Shown: positions 1 to 12,272 of the stretch, in pieces
Layout of the letters: every line of letters starts with the position of its first letter
Numbering within the stretch: position 1 is the stretch's first letter
Origin: Setoptus koraiensis
Taxonomy: Eukaryota; Animalia; Arthropoda
Direction: 5' to 3'
Assembly: GCA_048013815.1 (NCBI GenBank)
Contig: CM106586.1
Coordinates: 21,762,001-21,826,000, forward strand
DNA length: 64,000 bases
Made by a program: the position numbers and the translations under genes
The notes under the pieces: model-generated
Databases searched by the model: none
Told to the model about the DNA's origin: nothing
The model's input: only the letters and a program-made list of their open reading frames with translations

Positions 1-457
1 AGTTGTTGCTGTTGTTTGTTGGGCGCCTTCTGCTGGCAAGCGGCAACAACGGCACAACTGCAACAACTCATTTTCGCTGTTGCTTGTTTTATCCGTTTGG
101 CCGTTCGTTGTGTGTATTGCGCACAACAACGTGACCATCGCAATGGGTCGGCTCCATTTGAAGTGAGCGGCTCCACTTTGCTGCCAACCGGGCTCGAGGC
201 CGCGCTTCGATTCGCGGCCGAAGCGATGGGCGCAAATCGAAGCCCATTCAATTCGAAGCGAGCGAGCATGATTCATCATAATCATGTCATAATCAATTAA
301 GCATGTGATAACTGCAAACAAGAGCGATCAAGAGCGAAGCGTCAACGATTTAAACACGGTAGGTGCTAATTTGACGGCTGCAACATGTGCATCGATATTC
401 GGGCCGCCATTCAATTTGACGAGCACGGGCCGGCTACCTGTCCGTGGCCAGCGCCCA

Positions 458-523
458 GCGACCAAGCGGCAACCGAACGGCGACCGAGCGGCGACCGAGC
501 GGCGATCGAGCGGCAACCGAACG
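458..523. repeat. 11-bp minisatellite, 6 units (consensus GCGACCGAGCG)
   Basis: Units at 458, 469, 480, 491, 502 and 513: gcgaccaagcg, gcaaccgaacg, gcgaccgagcg x2, gcgatcgagcg, gcaaccgaacg. Confidence 0.9.
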
Positions 524-3041
524 GCCGGCGAGCCTCGGGCTCACTCATTGGCGCTGCACGACTTATCGCCCACCAATAGGCGCCGAAGCCGGCCGAAAGC
601 ACAAATATCGAAGCGTAGCCAATGTCTTATATTGTATTAATGTTATATCGTGGCGCGTAACATTGTAGCTGGCGCATTGTTGGTAGCTAATAGCTGGCAA
701 TTATTAGATTTGTCCAACTAGAACTAATGAGACGTCATGATCTCGGCCCACAATGGCCGCTGATGACGCTCTTCACCTTGCCAAACTGTCTGCTCTCTTG
801 TATTTTTTTATTTTTGTTGTTTGTAGCGCTTATGGGCGCTCAAAATTAATTAGTCCAATCAAGTTAGATAAGCTGCGAGTCGCAATTTATCGCTCGTGCG
901 CCATTCTTCATCGACGTGCTCGTCGCCGTCGCCGTCGTCCATCCAACTGTAACGTGTTTTCGGCCATTCAACTGGCCAGTTTAATCCGAAGCCGAAAACA
1001 ACAACGCCAACATCAGTAGCAAAATGGTAGCAATCTGAGAAAAAGAAACGAAAGCAACGCCGCCCTTGAGACAGACGCCGCATCAACCAGCCACCCACTG
1101 CCCGCTGCGTCACATTGTCCGGCATTGTTTTGAGGCACTGGCGCCATCCTCTATACATCCGTTACATCATGTTATATAACATCATCATATAATATCATCA
1201 TCAGCATATAATATCGTCATCATACAATATTGTCGGCGTCAATGTAGCGCTTGTTCCATTCATTGTTTGATTATTGTTGTTTCATGCCGTTATTATGCAA
1301 CGTTATTATCAGCGGCCCTAATGAAGCCTCGACAGCCTCTGATGGCTCTAGTTGGCAGAGACTTTGCATGGCAGCAACTGGATTCGCTCGGGGTGTAAAT
1401 TTTTCATGAATGAATGTGCGTCTTCGATTGAGTTTGCGTCGGCCAATCTCTAAACAATTTGACCATGTTCGGACCGTTGCACTCCGTATTTCGGCGCACT
1501 CTGTCGTTGTGAAACTCTCTAAATATCGCAATAATAATTGGAAACTTGGAAAAATAATAAAAGATTTTCTCGATCGGTTTGAAAAAGCGCGAGTTGCTTG
1601 CGAAAACTTGAGTCAGCAATCTTAATTGCCATGCTCGAGCATGTCTCACTTAGGCTACTGATCTCAGCTAACTGAAAAGCAACCAACGTCTTTGTTCTCG
1701 AGCAGTTACAAGCTTCTAAACTTGAAAACAATTTTTAATTCTGAACAAATACTGGCATTTACGATCGATGTAAATTCACCACTGACCATCTATTGTTTGT
1801 GACCAGTGACGCCACCTAGAGTTGAAATTTTCATTCACGGCATGAAAGGCAAACAAAAAGATTTGTTGCCAGCGAAGCCTCAATTTTGTTTCGCTCTCAA
1901 GGCTTATTATCATGGCAAATGTCTCAATTTACGAGCCACGGTGCTGTCAGTGTGGCAGGCTAACGGGTCCGATTTGGTAGTGAGTTGATACTACCGAAAC
2001 AAATAAGTAAATATTGATATGAAAATAATTAGCTGGTTGAGAGCTGACAGAAGAGTTGATTGATCAGACAGTGATAGCAACACCTCCTGATTGATCGGTC
2101 AACATACGCGGGGCCGCCTAAATAATTCCGAAACAAAATGCACCGACCGATAATTCAGCGAACAGAATCCAGTGAAGGTCTCGAGTTTCGAGAGAGATCC
2201 AAGATAAGTCTGACCACACACACGCACACAAAATCGGAGGCATTTATGATAATAATTGTGGATGTTATCGAAGAAAAGAGTTCTCTTTGTTTATCTCTGC
2301 GACTGGCGGACGTCTTGTGGCTGGCTTCGGATGATTGATCGGCATAAAAAGATTATCATTGAGAGAGGATTGAGCTGACTGACAGTGAGCGAGCAAGCTA
2401 CTTGGCCGCTTCTAAGTGGACAATTGTCGGATTGCTGACTCATTCAGGTGAGGATGTTGTCGGAGAAAAGTTTTTTCGTCGAAAAGTCGGTTGCCGAGAA
2501 ACGATCAATCTCGACACTTTCATTGATGACAATTTGCATTTGTTCGTTTGGCGGCCACACAGTGACACTTACTTTGTTAGATAGCACTTGTCGTGTTGCC
2601 GTATCTTTTGTCGAGGCCCGCTAATCTAATCTCGATCTACTACTAGCGTGGACCACTAGCGCTGTGGCACTAAATAGAGAGCAGATAGTGGTGGTGGTAT
2701 TCACGCGTGAATACTATCCTGCACAGTGGCTATAAATAGAGTATATATAATAATATAAAATTTAAATATACGCAAAGTAATGGTTTGTTTGTCAGCTGCC
2801 TATTCGGCTGGAAGGAGTGAGTTGCAATTGGTTGCAACAAAAACAAAAGTGACTTCTCAACTGACAATTTGTTCGAACTGACGGGGCCAGTTCGAATTCG
2901 CAGACAGTTGATTGCCGGCCAGTGTGTCCAATCTAGGTGATACGGCCAACGGGACCAGTGGCCATAATTAGTGGTTTGTGGTGCCTTTGCTCCCGAACGA
3001 TAATGGTGCCTCTTAATTTACAACGACCACTGTATGCCTGG

Positions 3042-3151
3042 ATTATACCTCTATTATACCTCTATTGTACCTCTATTATACCTGTGTGTATAGCTGCATT
3101 TTACCTGTGTCATGGCTGCATTTTACCTGTGTCATGGCTGCATTTTACCTG
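3042..3151. repeat. Compound minisatellite: 11-bp ATTATACCTCT x4, then 22-bp GCTGCATTTTACCTGTGTCATG x~2.7
   Basis: 11-mers start at 3042, 3053, 3064 and 3075; 22-mers start at 3093, 3115 and 3137 (last one partial). Confidence 0.9.
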
Positions 3152-4476
3152 CGCTATAGGCACTGTGTGGCGGGCGCGAGAGGAGCGCGGAGCGGTTGCA
3201 TTTCGACTTTATTACAGGCGCACACGACGAGCCTGTCACATAAACAAATTATCAACTAGGTTGCCAAGAAGCAACAAGAAGCAACAAGCAGCGACGAGAA
3301 GCGCCAACAAGCGACCAACCAGGGCCAGAAAAGAAGCGAGCGGCTCATCAGAGAGAACGCGCAGCGCACGTCCGAACAACTACTTGTTGCTTTCGCTTCT
3401 TTGACACACACATACCCTGTCAAACATACCCCAAACAGACAAAACAATTAATTGTCGATGTGTGATTATCACGCGCCACTCATTTGAATATCTGCACAGC
3501 GCACACGATATTCAAATGAGAATTCTAACACAACAACAGCGACCGCGACAAGCGCACCAGCAACGGTGCGCTGCCGAGAGAACGTTCCAGGGCGAGAGAA
3601 CCTTCGAAGGCGAGCAAACTCATTAATTAGAAATACCCTGTGGCCAATGGCCAGCCAAACGAACGGCGCTGTGTCCATTAAATGTGTGCATGGTCAATCC
3701 TCTCCTTTCGCGAGGATCAACAATGCGAGGTGGCCACACACGACCACTTGTGACCTCACTGGTTGTCGCTTGCACGACGGACCTGAGTCCGTCCATTGGC
3801 TTCCATTGGCTTCTATTGGCTGCCGTTGGCTGCTCGGCCGCTTGCGTGACCCGTGTGTCACCTATGAATAATGTCCAACGCTCGGCTTGAACATAAAACA
3901 AAGAACTCCGATTGACAGATTCGTCCAACGAGACGCTGCCGTGCCCATCGTCGAGTGGCTGTGAGAAATGGGCCCCCATTCGCTCGCCTGACAGCACAGT
4001 TTCTGGCCAACTCCACACCGAAGCAGCCCAACGGCCGACGGCTCACTAGCGGTTGGTTTAAACTGGCCGATTTTGTATTTCTTTTTTTTCTAGAATCGGC
4101 CAGTCTAAACCGCAGTCGGCATCACCGGTAATTTCGAGTAAAATTAGCAATTACAACAGGCCCGTGTGTTGGCCAAATGTGGACGGCAGGCAGGCTTGTC
4201 GAAGGAAGGAGCAGATGCCCAGTTTCTCTGGTCACCAATTCGCGACACGATAGGGCTGCTGGCCGGGCAGCCCTTCACCTGAGCAAAACACAAAGTATTT
4301 AGTTGTTAGTAACAGTTTATTTTTGTCATTGTTATTCATGCATGAATATTGTGTTTGTGCCAGTGTCTCAAAGCGTACAACTTATACGGTATCAGCATGC
4401 ATTTGTTTCCGATGGTTTTAACGGTTTGATTTTGACCAACTAATTAATTGATTGATTAAAGGTGAGCTTCACGCTG

Positions 4477-4794
4477 TCATTGTGACACTGGCTTGCCACA
4501 ATAACAGAATATTCTGCCTTCGAGGATGTTTTTGTTTTCCACGAGCTGTCCAATTGGAAAGCCGATGCTAGCACAACAAGATTCACATGTTTTCAGGGTG
4601 TGCGAATACAGTTCACATTCGCCCGAACTGTCAAACTTGATGATGGAAGCGTGCTGCTGACCAGTGCCATCAGCTGATACTTGATTGTCACCTGTTGCGG
4701 CTGCTCGCAAGCTGGCCACAGCCATACAAAATGATGCGACAAAGATGAACAGTGACCAATTGTGAACAATTATGCAGGCGTAGGTGGACGGCAT
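4477..4794 (-). CDS. Small secreted cysteine-rich peptide, 105 aa (CS-alpha-beta/defensin-like Cys pattern)
   Basis: ATG-initiated single-exon ORF with hydrophobic N-terminus (WSLFIFVASFCMAVASLRAAA). C-terminal pattern is C-x9-C-x2-CC-x22-C-x-C. AATAAA on the - strand at 4316-4321. Confidence 0.6.
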   Translation of the reverse strand: MPSTYACIIVHNWSLFIFVASFCMAVASLRAAATGDNQVSADGTGQQHASIIKFDSSGECELYSHTLKTCESCCASIGFPIGQLVENKNILEGRIFCYCGKPVSQ

Positions 4795-7581
4795 TGCAAA
4801 TTACAATTTGTGGTCGTTTAAATATTTGATTTGTTAGTGGACAAAATTTGCGATTGCAATAGTCAGTTATTATTTATGGTGCAAATAGCGGCCGCTCCAC
4901 GAATATGAGCGCTTTTTTCGGCTACAGTTACTCTTTCATTGTCACCTGTATACATTAGCTGCATTCGATGCGTCTCAACGTGGTCACATGTATGACTATG
5001 AATAAACAAATATATTAATACACACGATAAATATTAATACATGGTGGTTAAATATAGCGAGATACAGTGGGCTTCGTTGCGATGTTCATGAAACAGCCAG
5101 GCAAATTCAATTCAAACGATTTTGCACGATCACACAACAAGATTTTACAGGTAACGAGGTTCATCTTATCGACAGGTTTGTTGCACGATCGATGGCTCGA
5201 CTTTTTGAAACTCGACCGACTGGCTTTGTCGAAACTGTCATGTGTGATACAAAATAGCGCCAGGTATCAACCTGGTTGGTTGTCGTCAGTGTCAGTGTTT
5301 TTGAAGCGCCGGCTTTCCGCTGGCGCGACCATTGTTGGCGATCGACTATTGTCAATCGTGCAGTGACAATTGTCAGAAATGAGCCAAGTCGCCGGCATTG
5401 CGACCAACCAACAAAAGAATGGACCATTTGAGGCGGAAATTGAACAGAAATCGGCGAAAACAGTAGATAACATGGCAAGTAGATAAATTGGCAACTCGCC
5501 CCCAATTTATATGCAGTGTCTTGGGGGTCGAGTTGGCTGGGGCGCCCACAGTTGCCAGGAATGTGTGATTTTAAATCGAAGCCAACAAGTTGTAAATAGA
5601 GATTGCCGACTGTGATATCCCAATGTCACTTCATTGTTCGCTGTTGTCATTCCGTCGGCATGTGGCCGCCCCATTTAACACGACACGACAAACAAATGAC
5701 CGCTAGATTTTCAGCCGATTTTCAGTCGATTTTCAGTGCATCTCTGTGGGTGCGTCACACGAAACTCGTGTCCAGTCTTGGTTCTGAACTGTTACGACTC
5801 ACTCATTGGTATCGCTCATTAACATGGCACGAACACACATGTTTGCAAACATTGACTTTATTGTGGCTGCCTTGCTCGCTATCTCAGTCAGGTAACGGTT
5901 GTGTGCATTAGTTGTCGCAACGGCAGAGAAAAGAGCAGATTTTTTCGGAATTTCAACGGATCTGAAACAAATCAAAATGCGATTGTGTCTGGCTCATAGG
6001 CACGCCATTGGCACCGAAAGGCACGTTGGCATTCGCGCATCACGGGCCAGAGAATTGGCCGGCGGCCAGCGTTGACCGGCCACTGACAATCGACAACGAA
6101 TAGGCCCATTAAACATGAAATTATAATAAATAAAATTGTGCTGAATATTATCTAATTTGTGCTGAAAACTGGCAAAGGTCTCCGTTGAAAATAACAACCA
6201 ACCGCAGCCAGGCGAACACAATTTGGCCATTTCGCACTGCCGATTGCTGATTTGGTAGCTACGGCCAAGTGCAACATGCAAGCCATTTCGGACAGACTCA
6301 TATATGCTGACAATGGTGAAATGTTATGAATTATATTCAAATATTTGATATATCGGCCCAAGTCACCGCGCCATCTACAATCACGCTCAGTAAAAGCGGC
6401 AACGTGACGCAACGTGACGCAACGTGCCAGCTCAAAATCACTGTTGCATGATGATGCAACAGAGAGAGAGACGGACGTGCAGTTGCAGTTTAATCTCGTG
6501 GTCAGCATCATTAGTGACGCGCTCATTGGTAATTAATTTGAATTAATATTGAATATTCACTTTCGTTGGTCATATTTATTTTTTTTTAAACTCATAACTG
6601 GCAGTCAGTTTGTGGGTGTTAGTTTGGGCAAGCTTGCGCGTGGGCCACGCGCTCCAAACAAAGCTCGCACTTATATTATGAGTCTCGTAACGGTCGCAAA
6701 GGTTGCCACTAGATAACAGGCTCACAATTATATAACGGACTTATAGTTATATAACAGGGCTGTTATTTCAATTCAAGTTTCAGTTTGCGTGTGTCATGTT
6801 GACCGTTTTTCACACAAACCGTTGAGCTGTCAGTTGGTGTGGCAGCGACTGACCACTAGACACGCAGTTCCGCATTGTGATGATTTATAATGCAGCGTTT
6901 GTGGCGCATTCGCTCAAATGATCAACGGCGCTGATTATATTAGACACTTTGCATAATGACTAATCTTTGTTTGTTTGTGCTCAGCTTGTCAAAATGGGGC
7001 TACATGTTGCGATCAACGGTCAACTGGAGCCACAATGACGCTCGCAACAGGTAGCCCTTGCTTTGGCCGCCAAAGTTTGGCGACAGTGGCGACACTGGCC
7101 GCTAATTTAGTGGCCGTTTTGCTGACCAGCTCAGTCTGTCAACAGTGTTGGCTGCAACTGATATATTTTAATCAGCGTTTTCATCTTTTCAACATCCTTT
7201 CCACTGACAACTGATAGAGACGCAACCTTTACAACGACTAACCATTACGAAGAAGCATGCAACAGTTTTATTATTCATGCACAATGAATGAATAAAACAA
7301 GTGACATTTGTTGTGCATGCGATTGAAGTGAAATGTTGAAATAATTTGAACAAAAATTGAACGATCGCCCAATCAAATTAAATGATGTCACCTCGATGCT
7401 TATTCAATTGTCATCGCGATGTACGGATATAAATAAAAGCCGCAGTTTTATTGTTAGTTCAAATCCACATTGTGCTAGTCGGAGCCTGAGCATCATGGGG
7501 CCACTGGCGGCCCAACGCAAAACTATGCTCTTATCTTGTCTTGCAAGCAACATGATGCAAATACATCCATCACGCGTTACT

Positions 7582-7638
7582 GTGGCGGCTAATATAGCGG
7601 CTAATGTGGCGGCTAATGTGGCGGCTCATATGGCGGCT
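7582..7638. repeat. 12-bp minisatellite GTGGCGGCTAAT, 5 degenerate units
   Basis: gtggcggctaat atagcggctaat gtggcggctaat gtggcggctcat atggcggct. Confidence 0.85.
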
Positions 7639-9227
7639 GCAAACGTGATTTGCGTTTGTAGCCGGCGGAGATTTGAGAATTGCATTCGCAAACAAGAGTT
7701 CGCAAACAAGAGGCTGGCCGTTAGTCAATAATCAATGATTTAATAATTCATAAATGACAGGTGAAGCGAGCAACAGCCGAGAGCGGGTACGTGCCAAATT
7801 GATGGACACGCGCAGGGTGCTGCTCGTGGCAGCTCTGACTGGTGCCAGAGGAAACAATGTGGGCGCAATATGGACGATGCATTGATGGGCTGTTTGTTGT
7901 GTGCCGCTACTCGTTAACCATCAATTAAGACCACCCATGCAAATCACAAAGTCGCCCTTCGCAAGTTTGTTACTATTGCAAGCGAGCGACTCGCAATTTA
8001 AAACTAACCATAATTGAATATTCTTATTCTGCCGGCATTTACAGGTAGTCGTCGAACGGCTGATTAGGGTGCTAAATCACACAACAGCGCACTGTAATTA
8101 TGGTCGCCTCTTTGTTTGTTAGCAATGCCTCATTAGATTGTTGTTGTTGTTGTTATCATCATCAGTGGTGAGTTATGTGTTGGGTGCCTGATTCAAATTG
8201 CCGATTAAATTTGTTACTTGGGCGACCGCCCGCATAAACAATGCCACTGATTGCCGATCTGAGCTGGCCTGCTCACCCAGGCTCTGGCTCGTTTGTTCTG
8301 GCTGTCGGCCATTGCTAGTGCCAGTTGACCGATTGCCATTCAAGGCCGACCATTATCGCACCTCCGAAACACCAGCGAAGCGAAAATTTCCTGCCAGAAA
8401 ATAGCGGCTGAGCAGCAGTCAGAGTGGATCAGAGTAAGAGCCCGTCGCTGTGGCTTCGCTGCTCAACCGCTACAGGCACAACAAGAGGCCCACATTGAAA
8501 CACAAAGAGACCAATTCCATAATGACTGGTCCTACTGGCACAATCGCCAGCCTCAATTGGGGCCAGCGAAAGTATGGCCGGCAGTGGGCAGCCGCTTGGT
8601 CAGTTTTGTGACAGGTTAGCGCGTGTCAAACAGCAGCCACTGTGCACACTGGCCAGCGGCCCACAGGACAGCTGATTCCGTGGAGGATAAATATAGACAT
8701 AGAGGCCTATATCATACGATTGTTGCAGTTACTCCAATGAGCACCGCCAATAAACATCGCGCAAGAGCGCAGGTGAGGGCGAAAGTTTTCGTGCGCCCAA
8801 ATTCTTTATATAGATTTTCTTGAAATATATTATCATCTTTATTGGGCTCGATTTTCGGCCACCGGTCACCTTTGGCGTCGTGCACCAGTGTTTGCTTATG
8901 CAACACATTCATTAACGATATTCTTTCTCGATATTCTCTCTGGGGCCTGTCGCGGCCCCTTAGTGTTGCTGCTACACTGACCACTGAATTGTATCAGTCC
9001 GAAGGAAGTTCCTCTGCACAATTGGCCCTGTTCGGACAGCCACGACAACAGCAACGACAAGGATGTCACAAATCATGATTAAAAGAACTTCGCTGGTCAG
9101 TCGAATTGGCGCACAGTTCACGTTTATGTGAAACACGGGCCCATATCGATGGTGATCCCTGATTAGCATATCACTGCTCTTTGGCCATTCATATTTTGCA
9201 CACCCTGTCAGCCGAGTGTCCGCTCTT

Positions 9228-9302
9228 ACACGCCAAACGCGAGACACGCCAAACGCGAGACACGCCAAACGCGAGACACGCCAAACGCGAGACACGCCAA
9301 AC
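9228..9302. repeat. 16-bp minisatellite ACACGCCAAACGCGAG, 4 perfect units plus a partial unit
   Basis: Identical units at 9228, 9244, 9260 and 9276; 11-nt partial unit at 9292. Confidence 0.95.
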
Positions 9303-11873
9303 TGTTGCGCCCCCGAGAGAGCCAATTGTAACCCAATTTAAGTTTCGCTTTCACACAAGCAAGTTGTCATTGTTGTCGGCCGCCATTGCCACTGTAGCAG
9401 TGAAACGGATATTGTTGACCACTGGTCAGTCGTCATGCGATATTAATGATTTTCCTTTCGCCTCTCTGCCTCCATCACTTAAACATGTAAACAACAACCA
9501 CCAGTTGAATGGAGACGTAACTCAATCGCCGTTGCGCACTCGATCTGTTTCGCCGCTGTCGACCTCGTCGTCGTCGTCGTCGTCGTCGCCACCGTTTGTT
9601 CCATTTCTTCGCATGGCCAAACTGACCATTGGATGTCACCTTTAGTTTCGGCTTTTTGCAACTGGGCACCACTCCAGTTATATCAGTTCGAAGGTGCGCT
9701 GTCGAACGAGACTTGGACAAGTCTCGACAGGGCCAGCTCCGTTGTTGACGTGCACTGATTGAATGTGCCACCACGGACAATGAAATATCCTTTTCATTCG
9801 AACTAGTCTGAGTCGAAGAGAACAAGACGAGCCAATTTAGGCCAATCACGGCAAAGGCAAACAATTGGCAACAATTAGCTATCGCGGCGGACGCAAAATG
9901 CATTGGCAAAAGACGATATTGGATTTGAGTTATTGTCGGATGTTTCGTGTCAAAACATGCTCGTTTTTGTGACGAGAATAGTAGTCCAATTTCCATAGTG
10001 GCCGCCAGCGGACATTTATGATTTATTTCCATGTCAGTGGAAACGAATGGGCACAAAGACGAGCCTGATCCAATTTACAATTCAATAATAATCCAATTCA
10101 TTTTAAATTCAACTGTCGTGATCAAACAGCGACGCAATTACGCTCTACAAGCCGGCTCAAATTTCTCCCCATTTTTACTACTATTCTGGTCGTGTGTTTG
10201 TGCAAAATTTGCAAATTTGTGCCATCATTGTTTGTGAATTAGCCTGTGAATGCTCATTTGTATATTCGTTGGTTGCTGTTCTTTTTTCTTTACCTGTCCG
10301 CCAACTATTTTCATTTGGTCAAGCAAATTCAGTGTCTGGCCTCATTGTAACATGCTCGCTTACCTATACAATTTTTACGCCAATTTAAACATGTTTCCTA
10401 GAGTCTGTGGCACGAGAGAACAGTGTCCACTAGCGGGCACCCAGAGAGGATAAATTGCAACTGATAAATTGCAGCAAGTAGGCCAATGGAAGTGCAGCCA
10501 TGAGCACACAACAAATGAAAACAGAGAGGGGAAATAGGTGAGTTCGTTAGCTGGCCTCCTTGTTGGCCTTTGTTTGCAACAATGGATTATTCAAATGGTC
10601 AGCGAGCAGCAAAGCCACTGTTTGCTTGTTGCGCTGACCATCGCGGCGACACAAAAACCGAAAGACGTTCGAGATTGTCGGTGCATAAGTAGTGGTCAGT
10701 TGTTTTTCAAACGCTTCTGTCGACAGAAGCGTCAAAATAAGAGTTTATCCGCTTGATTGGACGCGCCATGTCACTGTTGATGTTGATCCAATTTGATCAA
10801 GCATAACGTGATGAAATAGAATCAAACGAGACGACAGTTGATCGCTCTGTTGGCGTGCCAACAACCACGACAGCGTTCAATTTCAGTCAGATGATTTGCA
10901 GTTGCAAAAGCAAGGATGTTTGTACTTTGATCGGCACAACGGAGCGCCCTTCGAAACTTGACCAGTTCTAGATTTGAATGGATTTCAGGCGCTGACCTTG
11001 GCGCGATTTCGCTCACCAGTGGGTACCAATCTGTCTGTATTGACACCAGCGGCACTATTTCTGACCCTTAGACCAGCATGAAGCTAGAGATAATAAATAA
11101 TGGATAAATGATAATTGGCCAGATTGGATTGGACGGGGCGCTTTCGGATTCATGGTGGCCGCGATGGCGGTGTGAGGTAATTTGGCCAGCACACTTGCCG
11201 CCATCGTGTGTGAGAAGCGCCAACGAGATTCAAAGTCACATCAAGGTAATAGTGAGCAATTACGCAATATCTATTGACCAGTGAGCATTGGCTCAGTGAG
11301 TTAGCAAAACGTTAAGTGTGAGAATCGTGATCGACTCACTCACTCACACCAACACACTCAGTGACCTCACAGCCAGCAAGTCAGATTTATTAACAAGATA
11401 TTGCATCATACGCGTCGGCGTTAATGATGTGAGAACAACATCCTTAATTTGCATAATTACAATCAACTAATGGGTGCTGCAATGGTTGCGCAATGCAATG
11501 CAGCAATGGTTGGTGTTGGCCAGCAGACAGAAGAGAATATCAATTGTCGATGTGATCTAGTTATAGTTACGGCACGTTCTTGCCACTCTCACCATCACGA
11601 GAAATTGCGTGTGGCGCTCTATCGCAGAGCATTGGTGAGATTCAGCACAGTTTCTTCAGCAGTTATTTTGGGCAGAAGAAAAGAGCAAGAGAAAATTGGC
11701 TCATTTTTCGCTTCTTTCTTTTTTATCAATCACTACTGTTTCTATGTTACGCATTTCAACACGTCTCTAAACCTGCCAACACCGCACTGAATTATTCAGC
11801 TCGCATTAATTAGTTATCATTAATATTGCGTAACGAGCAGAGAAAACAACCGACAGACGCTAATGACAAGTTA

Positions 11874-12272
11874 TCAGTCCGAATAGTACATAATATGCAA
11901 ATCACGGCCGTCGCCACCATAAATATTCGTGTATGCATTGATATTGGTCAAAAGATTGACCGGTGCTGGAGGCGCCATCTCGCGCCCGTTCCCAGATGCA
12001 GCATAATTACGTCCCGTTAATTGCAAGTGGGCATTTTTAGGCAATGTAAATCGTATTCGACAATTAACGGTTTCCAGTTCGATCGCGAGCTCGAAATCCC
12101 GCGAAGCCGTTCCTAAATCAATGCTCACATTTGCGCTGGCCAGCATCGTGCGACACTTCGCACCGATTAGCATCGATTCGCATCGATTGTGCGATGCAAC
12201 TGGTGGATATTTCGATTTCATTATATCGATGGTCGCATCCAACAATCCACTATATCTGTCTCGGAGCTGTTT
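11874..12272 (-). CDS. Hypothetical protein or terminal exon; weak resemblance to DUF4097/FAM185A-like beta-strand region
   Basis: Open frame of ~130 codons with protein-like composition (…FELAIELETVNCRIRFTLPKNAHLQLTG…). A possible acceptor (aaacag) lies upstream. No upstream exon could be assigned. Confidence 0.3.
   Translation of the reverse strand, partial: KQLRDRYSGLLDATIDIMKSKYPPVASHNRCESMLIGAKCRTMLASANVSIDLGTASRDFELAIELETVNCRIRFTLPKNAHLQLTGRNYAASGNGREMAPPAPVNLLTNINAYTNIYGGDGRDLHIMYYSD

Noticed and set aside
2937-3404. 155-aa + strand ORF
   Set aside because: It runs through the 11/22-bp minisatellite and an AAGCAAC-type repeat, and has no recognisable domain.
9228-9302. Tandem arrays considered as CRISPR-like
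   Set aside because: The units are contiguous with no unique spacers, there are no cas genes, and the context is eukaryotic.
9181-10056. Overlapping 154-aa (+) and 193-aa (-) ORFs, including a poly-Arg/poly-Ser tract
   Set aside because: They are kept open by the 16-bp repeat and a (TCG)n tract; no motif supports either strand.
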